A stretch of 64,000 nucleotides of DNA from an uncultured archaeon (GTDB taxonomy: Archaea; Asgardarchaeota; Lokiarchaeia; Sigyniarchaeales; SOKP01): contig CAZDTP010000008.1 of the NCBI GenBank assembly GCA_964508365.1, forward strand, positions 1-64,000. Direction: 5' to 3'. Within the stretch, counting starts at the first letter, position 1; the number at the start of each line of letters is the position of its first letter. This document shows positions 47,365 to 56,317 of the stretch, piece by piece. Below the pieces are notes generated by a model, which was given only the letters and a program-made list of their open reading frames with translations, ran no database searches and was not told where the DNA came from. The position numbers were made by a program, and so were the translations under genes.

Positions 47365-48681
47365 CTACCTATAGTTTTTGTTTGTGGCTAACGTAAACTT
47401 CTCACTAAAGCCGAGCTTGTCCTTCATCTGGGCAAGTAGTTCTTCTTTTGATAAAGCTACGTTAAAGCCCTTTGTTACTACATCAGCAAAGCGTTCAGCT
47501 TGGTTAACTCCCCAAGCTGTTTGGCCAAAGCAGCCGGAACATGGTGCATTAACTCTCATACACAGTCCTCCACATCCTGCTCTAGTTATCGGACCTGCAC
47601 ACAAGTATCCTTGTTCTATTAAACAATCATTCATGTTTGGGAGTCCTTCGTAATCTCTTTTCACTCTCGTCATTTGGGATTTGCTTCCAATTTGAAGGTC
47701 GCATTGATCGCACACGGTTGAAATTTTAATAAATTCCCTATGATTCTTCAGAAATCTCAGGATATTAGAATAGATATCTCCTGTGTCCGCAGGTACGTTG
47801 GCTAAAGCTGTCTTAGGCTCTCCAGTTCTTCTGACTTGCTTTAAGATGTCCCCCGCTAGATCAAATCCAGACATTAAAGGTACATTTAAAAACAATGTCA
47901 AGAACTCGTGCAAATTCTTCTTGTCACCAGAACTAAGTTGGTCAATATTCTGAGTCATTGCTTTCAATTTTTCTGCTCTTGATGAAACTGTTTTTGCTGG
48001 CCCGAGACATCCAACGCATGGGTCACCATTATCAGTACACTTAAGTGTACAGCCCATACTAGTAATCGACCCAAAACATAATTCATATTTTTCTAATAAA
48101 CAGTTTTCGTTATTTAGAGAGCAATCATTACAGAAAGATAAATCTGCCATCGGTTGTGGCTTTTGACCAAGTAGAAATTGAACTGAACTTATGATAGCTT
48201 CTGGTTTCGGTGGACATCCAGCCATATATACGTCAACGCTAATAACCTCATCCAATGGAACGATTTTATTGGTGAATCCAGGCATATGTTCTTTTGGTTC
48301 GTGTGGAGATTCGTTAGTGATCGATTCTACTTGTTCGAACTTCCGTTTGATGCTATCTTCTATGTCCCACTCATTAGCTAATCCGTGAACATTACCGTAG
48401 CAAGAACAACTGCCAAAAGCAATTATGAGTTGGCATTTAGCCCTCATGAGCTTGGCGTTTTCTACATCTGCGTTTGTTCTTAAACTACCTTCCACGAAGC
48501 CTACAAGAATGTCTCCGTCTGGTCGCGCTACTAGTGAATCGTGTTTGAAATCTACAACTGCTGGCCAATATACAATATCAAGCGCTGGGAGAACTGGCAA
48601 CAATCCTAAATGTGCGTTCAATAAGGATTGATGACATCCCCAACAATCGCTATTTTGCATAAAAGCTACTTTTACTGCCAT
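47365..48681 (-). CDS. vhuG: Group 3c hydrogenase small subunit (VhuG/MvhG) with duplicated C-terminal Fe-S domain
   Basis: DCWGC, VEGS, FGSCSCYG, AGCPP, then two C-terminal Cys-rich domains. Confidence 0.88.
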   Translation of the reverse strand: MAVKVAFMQNSDCWGCHQSLLNAHLGLLPVLPALDIVYWPAVVDFKHDSLVARPDGDILVGFVEGSLRTNADVENAKLMRAKCQLIIAFGSCSCYGNVHGLANEWDIEDSIKRKFEQVESITNESPHEPKEHMPGFTNKIVPLDEVISVDVYMAGCPPKPEAIISSVQFLLGQKPQPMADLSFCNDCSLNNENCLLEKYELCFGSITSMGCTLKCTDNGDPCVGCLGPAKTVSSRAEKLKAMTQNIDQLSSGDKKNLHEFLTLFLNVPLMSGFDLAGDILKQVRRTGEPKTALANVPADTGDIYSNILRFLKNHREFIKISTVCDQCDLQIGSKSQMTRVKRDYEGLPNMNDCLIEQGYLCAGPITRAGCGGLCMRVNAPCSGCFGQTAWGVNQAERFADVVTKGFNVALSKEELLAQMKDKLGFSEKFTLATNKNYR

Positions 48682-48959
48682 TTTTCATCTTCTATTTTTT
48701 GTTTTTTTTTTTTATTTTTAAAATTAGCCAATTTGTTTATAAAAATTAGTTGTGTTAAATAAATCATAATTTAATAAAAAGACTTCTGCTTTTAAACTAT
48801 AGATTGCGATAAAGTTTCAAATAGTAGTAATAAAAAAAATGTGCTATAGCAAAACAATCCTTATTTGGGAAAAGAATTTCTGAATAATCATTCTTAAAAC
48901 TTGGGAGTTCAATAAAAAGTGTTTTTCTTTGGTTTAACTTTGATCAATAATGTTGACAA

Positions 48960-49089
48960 AATATCAAATTCGGCAGAAAAGAAACAATTCTTCATATATT
49001 TTATGTTTTTTTTGAATAATTATTAATATCAAATTCGACAGAAGAGAAAGAGGTTTTTGTACATTTTATGTTATATTTGAACGATTATT
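48960..49089. repeat. Imperfect 65-bp tandem duplication in the vhu/tusA divergent intergenic region
   Basis: Units 48960-49024 and 49025-49089 match at 52 of 65 positions by manual alignment (first 25 nt 23/25). Confidence 0.85.
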
Positions 49090-49184
49090 AATAAATTTTA
49101 AATAAGTCGGAAAATAATAAGAATTATCTATTTTAATTGAATAGATATTCAAAAAAATAACACAAACATCTTGGTTTATTAAAA

Positions 49185-49418
49185 ATGGTTGACATAACTG
49201 AAACGTTGGATTGTACGGGCGAAGTGTGCCCATATCCAGATGTGAAAAGTAAAAGGAAAGTAAAAAAAATGAAATCAGGGGAGATTTTAAAGATTTTAGT
49301 CGATTATCCTCTCTCAGCTGAGAGGATTCCTGAAACGATGGAATCTCTTGGCCATGAAGTAATCTCGTCGGAAAAAACGGGAGCATCTGCATGGGAAATC
49401 CTGATTAAAATAAAATAG
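49185..49418 (+). CDS. tusA: TusA/SirA family sulfurtransferase
   Basis: LDCTGEVCPYP motif, 77 aa. Confidence 0.9.
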   Translation: MVDITETLDCTGEVCPYPDVKSKRKVKKMKSGEILKILVDYPLSAERIPETMESLGHEVISSEKTGASAWEILIKIK

Positions 49419-49428
49419 GTGAAACAAA

Positions 49429-50484
49429 ATGGCAATGGAATTTTTATATATGTTAGTAGTTGGACTTATAATTGGAGCCATATTTGGTTTTATATTGCAA
49501 AGTGGAAGATTCTGCATGAATTCTGCCTTTAGAGATATTATTCTCTTGAAGGAGTTTAAACTCGCAAAGGCCGTTGCAGTGTCTCTAGCAGTGCTAGCGG
49601 TTGGATTCTCTATTTTTGCTTTCGCGGGAATAATAAACCTCTCTCCTAAACCTTTTGCGCCATGGGCAGCAATTGTTGGTGGCCTTATCTTTGGGATGGG
49701 GATGGTTTTTGCCGGCGGATGTGCGAGTGGAACAACTTATCGAGTCGGAGAAGGAATGATGGGATCATTTGTTGCTGCTGTTGGACTAACAGTTGGTGCC
49801 TTAATGACAGCTGGTGGAGTTTTAAGCGATGTTTCAATTTGGTTAAAAAGCTTCAATTATGGGCAAATAACTCTTGTTGGTGCATTTGACGCTTTTATTC
49901 TCCCAATCTTCATGCTAATTCTCGGTATTGTTGGAATAGCTTTGATGTTATTCTTCTGGTCGTGGCCAGTAATAAAGAGAAAGATAGATGCTAAGGAACC
50001 TTTTATAAAGTTTGATAACTTTGTTGAAGTAAGCTTTAAAAAGGCATATCCATGGTGGGTAACTGGAATTTTAATTGGTCTTATTCTAACAGCTGGATAT
50101 GTAGCTAGTGGTAGCGTTATTGGTATAACTGGAGGCTGGATGAACATTAGTGGCTGGTTAACTGCTGGTGAATTTTCAGCAACAAGTAGCTTAGCTTGGA
50201 CTGGATTCATCATCTTCGGCATTCTAATTGGAGCAATGGTGAGTGCAATTCTTAAGAAAGAGTTCAAATTTAGAGTTCCAAAAGATGGTTTTACATTGCT
50301 AAAACAATTCTTTGGTGGAATTTTAATGGGATTTGGCGCAGTAACCGCTATGGGTTGTAACATTACCAACATCTTAGGTGGAATACCACAGCTATCCTTA
50401 CATAGCATCATAGTTGGTGTTTGCATAATGTTAGGTTCTTGGATAATGGCTTATCTTCTCTTCATGAGAGGAGACAAAGAATAA
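49429..50484 (+). CDS. YeeE/YedE family sulfur-compound transporter
   Basis: GRFC, AGGCASG and GCNI conserved Cys motifs; about 9 TMs. Confidence 0.9.
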   Translation: MAMEFLYMLVVGLIIGAIFGFILQSGRFCMNSAFRDIILLKEFKLAKAVAVSLAVLAVGFSIFAFAGIINLSPKPFAPWAAIVGGLIFGMGMVFAGGCASGTTYRVGEGMMGSFVAAVGLTVGALMTAGGVLSDVSIWLKSFNYGQITLVGAFDAFILPIFMLILGIVGIALMLFFWSWPVIKRKIDAKEPFIKFDNFVEVSFKKAYPWWVTGILIGLILTAGYVASGSVIGITGGWMNISGWLTAGEFSATSSLAWTGFIIFGILIGAMVSAILKKEFKFRVPKDGFTLLKQFFGGILMGFGAVTAMGCNITNILGGIPQLSLHSIIVGVCIMLGSWIMAYLLFMRGDKE

Positions 50485-50503
50485 ATTGAGTTGATATCAA
50501 AAA

Positions 50504-50866
50504 ATGCCTCGATTAGGAATTCTTTTCTTTGATGGCCCATACCAAACGCAAGCCGCTGAAACTGTGGTCAAGCTTTCTAGCGCAGCTTTAGACAAAGGAC
50601 ACGAAGTTCGTATCTTTTGTTATATGGATGCCGTAAATGCACTCTTAGAGAATCAGAAAAAGATTGAAGGGATTTTCAATATTGAAGAGGGTTTCAGAGA
50701 AATACTAGATAAAGGAGCCACTATTAGATTGTGTAATCTATGTCTCTTAGTTAGGGGTACCATGAAAAACTGTCTAGAGAAAGAATGCGGCGATATAAAA
50801 CGAGCAGGGACTCCCGATCTAGCTAAAATAATAGAAGAAACTGATAAACTTATAGTAATTTGTTAA
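50504..50866 (+). CDS. dsrE: DsrE/TusD-like sulfur relay protein
   Basis: GPY, IFCYMDAV, LCNLCLLVRG (active-site Cys region). Confidence 0.8.
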   Translation: MPRLGILFFDGPYQTQAAETVVKLSSAALDKGHEVRIFCYMDAVNALLENQKKIEGIFNIEEGFREILDKGATIRLCNLCLLVRGTMKNCLEKECGDIKRAGTPDLAKIIEETDKLIVIC

Positions 50867-50877
50867 GGTGATAAAAA

Positions 50878-51222
50878 ATGGCAGAAGAAAAAAATGTGGT
50901 TATACTTTTACGGCAACCTCCTCATGGAACTTTGTATCCTGTTGAAGGATTAAGAATGACGGTTGCTGTTAGTGCTGATTTCGATCCTATTACAATAGCA
51001 ATTAACGACGCAGTTTACACCTTTACAAAAGACGTTGACAAAACCATGTACGCTATGCACATTGAATTTATTAAAAATATTGATTTAGATATATTTGTTG
51101 ATAAAAAATCTCTTGACGAGCGTGGCTTAAAAAAAGAGGATCTAATAGATCAAATTGAAGTTAAAGAACATGGAGAAATATTAAAAATGATTGCGGATTC
51201 AACCGTAACCATTCCGTTCTAG
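50878..51222 (+). CDS. dsrF: DsrF/TusC-like protein
   Basis: PPHGT..PVEGLR, DAVY, SLDERGL. Confidence 0.75.
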   Translation: MAEEKNVVILLRQPPHGTLYPVEGLRMTVAVSADFDPITIAINDAVYTFTKDVDKTMYAMHIEFIKNIDLDIFVDKKSLDERGLKKEDLIDQIEVKEHGEILKMIADSTVTIPF

Positions 51223-51234
51223 GAGGAGATAAAA

Positions 51235-51534
51235 ATGGGCAAAAAAGTGTTGTATTTTATAACAAGTGAAGATATTACAGGAGTAGAACTTGCAATGGAG
51301 CACACAGACGACGATGACGTCACGATTCTTTTACTTCAAAACGCGGTCTATTTTGCAAATAAATCTAATAAAGCGATTTCACAAGCGCTTAATCAAAACA
51401 AAAAGGTTACTGCTTGTAAAGAACACGTAGATACTCGGGGAATAAATAAGTTTATTTCTGATAAGATCAGACTGGTTGCTTCTGATGAGGTAATTGACTT
51501 AATTTTTGAGAACGATACCATTATAAATATGTAA
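51235..51534 (+). CDS. dsrH: DsrH/TusB-like protein
   Basis: LLLQNAVY and VDTRGI motifs; third gene of the EFH triad. Confidence 0.75.
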   Translation: MGKKVLYFITSEDITGVELAMEHTDDDDVTILLLQNAVYFANKSNKAISQALNQNKKVTACKEHVDTRGINKFISDKIRLVASDEVIDLIFENDTIINM

Positions 51535-51669
51535 TCAAGAAATTGAAAGAAGCTAAACTCAATTTTTTTTTTAATTTTTTTTTTTTTTGAAAGCGAACCA
51601 AATGAATTTTAAATCTTCTAAGATTTTTAGGAGTTAATTCTTTCAAAAAATAATTTTTCTATATGAATA

Positions 51670-52482
51670 GTGATTTATGTGGTATTTAATCCGTTTGATA
51701 GTAGTTTAGCTTTTGTTTGGGATTTAATTGCGACAGTCATATCTATTGTTATATTGTTAGCTTTGGTACAAATCAATGCTTTAATGCAAAAAAAGGGAAA
51801 AGTTTCACAAATTATTACAAGAAAATTCGTGCATATATTTGCGGGTCCCATATTCGTAGTTACATGGATGCTCTTTTCAGGTGAAATTATTAGTCACTAT
51901 ATAGCTGTAATAGTTCCACTGTTATTCGTGTTACAGTTCGTAGCTATTGGTACTGGTCTTATGAAGAACGAGAGTTTTGTGGCATCAATGTCGAGATCGG
52001 GAGACCCTAAAGAACTTCTTCAAGGAACGCTCTATTATGCAATTGTTATGGTGTTAATGACTTTTTTCTGGTTTTACGTACCTTCTACCGGCATAAATAA
52101 TGCAAATCCTACCGCACTACTTATTATTGGGTGTGTTTCGGGTGGAGATGGGTTAGCGGATATAATAGGTCGTAAATTTGGTGGAGAAAAAAAGTTTGGA
52201 ATTAAAGGAAGCGAAAAGACCATTATAGGGAGTATAGGTATGCTGGTTGGATCAATATTAGTTAGCTCTATTCTCGTCTTGATCTTTTCTCTAGAAGTTC
52301 CGCATTTTAATATCATTACACTCATTTTACCGATAATTGTTGTTAGTATAGTTGCCACTATAGTAGAAGCGTTATCACCTAAGGGTACTGATAACTTCAC
52401 AATTTTTCTTGCGGTCATAATCGTTATCTTGATATTTGAGTTAGGATTTCCAGACTTTTGGCCTTATTCTTTTAGTTTCTAA
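51670..52482 (+). CDS. CTP-dependent prenol kinase (phytol/farnesol/dolichol kinase family)
   Basis: RKFVH, GDGLADIIGRKFG, SEKTIIGS, GTDN; multi-TM. Confidence 0.85.
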   Translation: MIYVVFNPFDSSLAFVWDLIATVISIVILLALVQINALMQKKGKVSQIITRKFVHIFAGPIFVVTWMLFSGEIISHYIAVIVPLLFVLQFVAIGTGLMKNESFVASMSRSGDPKELLQGTLYYAIVMVLMTFFWFYVPSTGINNANPTALLIIGCVSGGDGLADIIGRKFGGEKKFGIKGSEKTIIGSIGMLVGSILVSSILVLIFSLEVPHFNIITLILPIIVVSIVATIVEALSPKGTDNFTIFLAVIIVILIFELGFPDFWPYSFSF

Positions 52483-52502
52483 TACAATATTTAGGAGTAT
52501 AA

Positions 52503-53324
52503 ATGACGGCAGAAGAAGTATTAGTTATAAAGCTTGGCGGTTCATTGCTTACGGACAAATCAACGGAATACAAATTAAGAGAAGATGTTATAAAAGCAGT
52601 TGCTGCGGAAATAAAAGAATGTATTGATTTAGGTCTAATCAAAAGTCTTGTAATTATCCACGGAGTAGGTTCTTTCGGCCATCCCCCCGTGTTAAAATAC
52701 AATCTTCATAAAGGCTTTAGAAATAAGGATCAATTAATTTCAATGTCAAAAACGCAGCAAATCGTGAATGAGTTTCGAAACACGATTGCCACTACATTTC
52801 TGGAGGAAGGGGTTCCTATTAACTTGATGCACGCCTCTTCGATGGTTGTGGGTAATAAGATGGTGATAGCTGATCTTGCATTTAATTCTTTAAAAGGCTT
52901 TTTATCTTTGGGGATGGTCCCATTGATAGGAGGCGACATGATGTACGATACCAATATGGGTTTTAGCGTTTGTAGCGGAGATCAATTAGCTGTAGTTCTT
53001 TCACGCGTATTACACGCTAAACAACTATTATTTGCAACAGATGTGCCTGGTGTGTTCGATAAAGACCCAAAATCGGGAGAGCATGCACAACTGCTTAGAG
53101 AAATAAATATCAATAAGATTGAAAAAGTATTAAGCAAAACGAACGAAACAAGTAAAACCGATGCGTCTGGTAAAATGCAAGGTAAATTGCTTTCACTGGT
53201 TTCGATTAAGGATCGAATACAAGAGGGTCTTGAAGTAATTATTCTCTCAATGAACAAGAAGGGTGTTCTCAAGAATTATCTTAAAGGAGAAGAAAGTGAA
53301 CTGACAAAAATAATTTGTAATTAA
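52503..53324 (+). CDS. ipk: Isopentenyl phosphate kinase
   Basis: KLGGSLLTDK, IIHGVGSFGH (IPK-specific His), SGD, TDVPGV, DASGKMQGK. Confidence 0.9.
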   Translation: MTAEEVLVIKLGGSLLTDKSTEYKLREDVIKAVAAEIKECIDLGLIKSLVIIHGVGSFGHPPVLKYNLHKGFRNKDQLISMSKTQQIVNEFRNTIATTFLEEGVPINLMHASSMVVGNKMVIADLAFNSLKGFLSLGMVPLIGGDMMYDTNMGFSVCSGDQLAVVLSRVLHAKQLLFATDVPGVFDKDPKSGEHAQLLREININKIEKVLSKTNETSKTDASGKMQGKLLSLVSIKDRIQEGLEVIILSMNKKGVLKNYLKGEESELTKIICN

Positions 53325-53365
53325 CAGAGCAGAACTAGTAAGATTCAGGCAAAATTCTGGACTTC

Positions 53366-53701
53366 TTATTTACCTAAATTTTCTTTTTTTTTCATTTTTT
53401 TATATAAGTGCCGAAATCCCATAATCGGATGCGAGTATATCATCCGAGGTCCAGCATATCGCATTACTGTTCTTATCTTTTCCCTCATGTCATGTTTATA
53501 ACAATGAATTGGACATGTATTGCATGTAGGTTTTTCTTCGCCGAATCGACAATTTTTTAATCGTTCCTCAGCGTAGTGAAAAAGATCTGAGCATTGTTGA
53601 CATAAATCATCTTCACAGTCATGAAAATGTCTACAGTACATCCGAATCATAGTGTTAATTGTGTTGTGTTCTTGTTCTAAAGGACTTTTAGAAGGAGACA
53701 T
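53366..53701 (-). CDS. YgbA-like (nitrous oxide-stimulated promoter family) Cys-rich protein
   Basis: TMIRMYC..H, C..C..L..YAEERL..C.FGEEKPTC..CPIHCY, MRYAGPRM..HP. Confidence 0.9.
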   Translation of the reverse strand: MSPSKSPLEQEHNTINTMIRMYCRHFHDCEDDLCQQCSDLFHYAEERLKNCRFGEEKPTCNTCPIHCYKHDMREKIRTVMRYAGPRMIYSHPIMGFRHLYKKMKKKENLGK

Positions 53702-53900
53702 ATTAAAACCACATAAGGTAATTAGATTTAAAATTTAAAATAATCTAAATTAAAAAAAAGTATTTTGTTGATCAAAAATTTCATTCCTTAAATTTATAGA
53801 CAGTATTCATATATATTATAATATAAAATATATCTATCTCTCATAACTGAATATCAATAAAGTAAAAAATAATAAAATTATTGTATTCAATTAGATTCAG

Positions 53901-55127
53901 GTGAGAAAACAGATTTCACAGAACTCTTTAGATGAAATAGAAGGGAAAAAACAAAAAAATTTGACAATTGGAAGAAAACACATTTTCTTAGTGCTTACAT
54001 TGTCATTTATGGTCAATTTCGACAGCAACGCAGCAATTCCGATAATTGCTACCTACGCGGGAAAATTAGGAGCCTCGATAATATTCGCAGGATTTATTGT
54101 AGGAATTTACTCCATGGTCCATATTCCTTCAAACATAATTTTTGGAAGGTTAGTTGACAAAATCGGCAGAAAAAGCTTAATATCTTTAGGAGTATTTTTA
54201 GATGGGTTATCACTGCTTATATATGCGTTAGCTCAAGATCCTATTTTCCTATTATTTGGAAGAATAATTCACGGAATAGGAGGTGGTTTTGGAGGACCTG
54301 CTACAATGGCTTATATCGCTGATGCTACATCCCAAAGGCGTAGCGGAAGGGGGATGGCACTATATGGAATGTCCATCGGATTTTCAAATTTGATAGGATT
54401 CTTGTTAGGTGGCCTAGTTGCTCAAATAATTGGAGAAAGCAATTTGTTTTTCATAATTGCAATTGTTTTATTCGTCATGTCATTTACATCACTATTTCTT
54501 CCTTCGATTTATCAACCATCCAAAGAGAAATTCAACCTCCGCAAGGAAATCAAACAATTTAGAGAAGTAGTCTTTAGAAAATCTATGATAAGTCCTTACT
54601 TTTCGATTCTAGCAATGATGTTTAACATGGGAATTGTTACAGCAGCATATACGGTAATGTTAGAGTCTGCAACATATACAGTTGGTCAAACAGGGATGAT
54701 TCTTAGCATTATGGTTATCTTTTCGATACTAATTCATTATCCCGCCGGAATTTTAAGCGATAAAATAGGCTACATTAAGGTAATGCTAATTGGATTATTT
54801 CTGATTGCGTTTTCATTTGGAGTTTTTATAATATCTTTAGAAGCCCCATTTCCTATGATCGGAATGGCTCTTCTCGGCGTAGGCCATGGATTGATATTTC
54901 CCTCCTCAGCTGGAATGATTAAAGAGAAAACTAAAGATTCTGAAAGTGGAGTAGCGACAGGAACATTCTACGCCTTGATTGTAGCAGGTGTGGCTATTGG
55001 AGCGCCGGTCTCTGGTTTTGTATACGAAATTTATAACGCCCAATTTACTTTGGCATTAGGAATCATCATTCCTTTAATCATGGCTATCGTTCTCGCAGTT
55101 CTTTTAAAATATCTTAAAAAGGATTAA
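53901..55127 (+). CDS. MFS transporter
   Basis: Motif A GRLVDKIGRK, GRIIHGIG, GILSDKIG; 12 TMs. Confidence 0.92.
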   Translation: MRKQISQNSLDEIEGKKQKNLTIGRKHIFLVLTLSFMVNFDSNAAIPIIATYAGKLGASIIFAGFIVGIYSMVHIPSNIIFGRLVDKIGRKSLISLGVFLDGLSLLIYALAQDPIFLLFGRIIHGIGGGFGGPATMAYIADATSQRRSGRGMALYGMSIGFSNLIGFLLGGLVAQIIGESNLFFIIAIVLFVMSFTSLFLPSIYQPSKEKFNLRKEIKQFREVVFRKSMISPYFSILAMMFNMGIVTAAYTVMLESATYTVGQTGMILSIMVIFSILIHYPAGILSDKIGYIKVMLIGLFLIAFSFGVFIISLEAPFPMIGMALLGVGHGLIFPSSAGMIKEKTKDSESGVATGTFYALIVAGVAIGAPVSGFVYEIYNAQFTLALGIIIPLIMAIVLAVLLKYLKKD

Positions 55128-55596
55128 TTTTATTTGGACTGTTTATGTTGCTTGACTTTTTAAAAAACAAAAAGCATTATCACTTATTTTGGCGATAGCA
55201 TTTATAGTGCTATTCGTAGCGGGTATAGTGCTTGTATCTATCGAAGATTATTCGTTATTACTATCTCCTTTAGTGTCAACAGTAGCTAGCCCTAGTGCTT
55301 CTGCAACCGTCATGGTTGCCCACATTCCAAGTAGCCTCTCGATTATATTACTTCCATTGTATACAATATTCAAAATTAAAAAAACCAATTGGAAAGCTTT
55401 ATTAATGTCAATTGGAGGTCTGGTTGTTAGTCTTGCTGGTGTACTTCTGGCATTTTTTACTCTTAATCCTATTGACATCCCATTATTGATTTTGATATTA
55501 ACTGTTCTGCCAATTATGTTAGTTATTACGGCTGTATTTTTTGTATTTGGAATGCTACTTCCAGAAATATGGAGTTTCGCAATCCCTGGCTTATAA
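55121..55596 (+). pseudogene. Probably frameshifted and 5'-truncated membrane protein gene
   Basis: Frame GLILFGLFMLLDFLKNKKHYHLFW-R-stop continues, after a 1-nt shift near 55190, as AIAFIVLFVAG (track ORF 55189-55596, TTG start without RBS). Confidence 0.45.
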
Positions 55597-55696
55597 AAGA
55601 AAGAATAAACGGTTATTTTAAACTTCCTATTTTTCTTTTTCCCTTTTCCAAAAATATTAAATTCTTTAACAATATTAACAATTATAAATTGCAATT

Positions 55697-56272
55697 TTGA
55701 AAATTAACCAAATTATTATGTCAAGAAAAAATATTTTTTATATTTTGTGCATCTTTTTGATTATCGGTTTGAATTTGAGCGCTTTTAGTGTGAAAGCGCA
55801 TAGTCCTATAACTATGGATATGGAATACGATCTAGATGCACAAGAACTTAGTATTAAAATTACGCACGGAGTTACGGACCCTACTTATCACTATGTATAC
55901 TTAATGGAAGTTTGGGTTAATAGTAGTGATCCTTATCATCCTCCCGAAGCTCCTGATTATTCGTTCCACTTCACTGAACAACCAGCTCACAACATAAATA
56001 ATTATATCCTAAGTTTTCCAGCCGGAGATAAGGCTAATATTACTGTAACAGCCTATTGTTCCCTCGGTGGAAGTTTAACAGAACATTTTTACATTGGACA
56101 ACCCTACTATAACCCACATGGAACCTTCTCTTTAGCAGTAATTCCTACAATTGTCTCGACGATCATAGTATTTGGGTTGCTTTTTATCTTACCTATGTTA
56201 GGACAAAAAAACGCACCAAAAATAGAAGGTAAGAATAGGTATCAAGTAAATGATAAACAAAAGATATTTTAA
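55697..56272 (+). CDS. Secreted His-containing protein with C-terminal TM anchor
   Basis: Signal peptide ending VKA/HSP, ITHGV.DP..HYV, YC, and C-terminal TM. Confidence 0.7.
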   Translation: MKINQIIMSRKNIFYILCIFLIIGLNLSAFSVKAHSPITMDMEYDLDAQELSIKITHGVTDPTYHYVYLMEVWVNSSDPYHPPEAPDYSFHFTEQPAHNINNYILSFPAGDKANITVTAYCSLGGSLTEHFYIGQPYYNPHGTFSLAVIPTIVSTIIVFGLLFILPMLGQKNAPKIEGKNRYQVNDKQKIF

Positions 56273-56317
56273 TCAATAGGGTTTTTAAAAAATATTTATT
56301 AATCTATAAAACAAACA

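Noticed and set aside
44978-48631. Several + strand track ORFs over hdr/vhu
   Set aside because: Antisense shadows of well-supported minus-strand genes
48682-49184. Hidden Sec-containing vhuD or hdrA upstream of vhuG
   Set aside because: The region is AT-rich with no VhuD- or HdrA-like motifs seen even when TGA is allowed; these genes must lie elsewhere
55248-55694. Track ORF 55248-55694 (-)
   Set aside because: Antisense to the hydrophobic + strand frame; no supporting features
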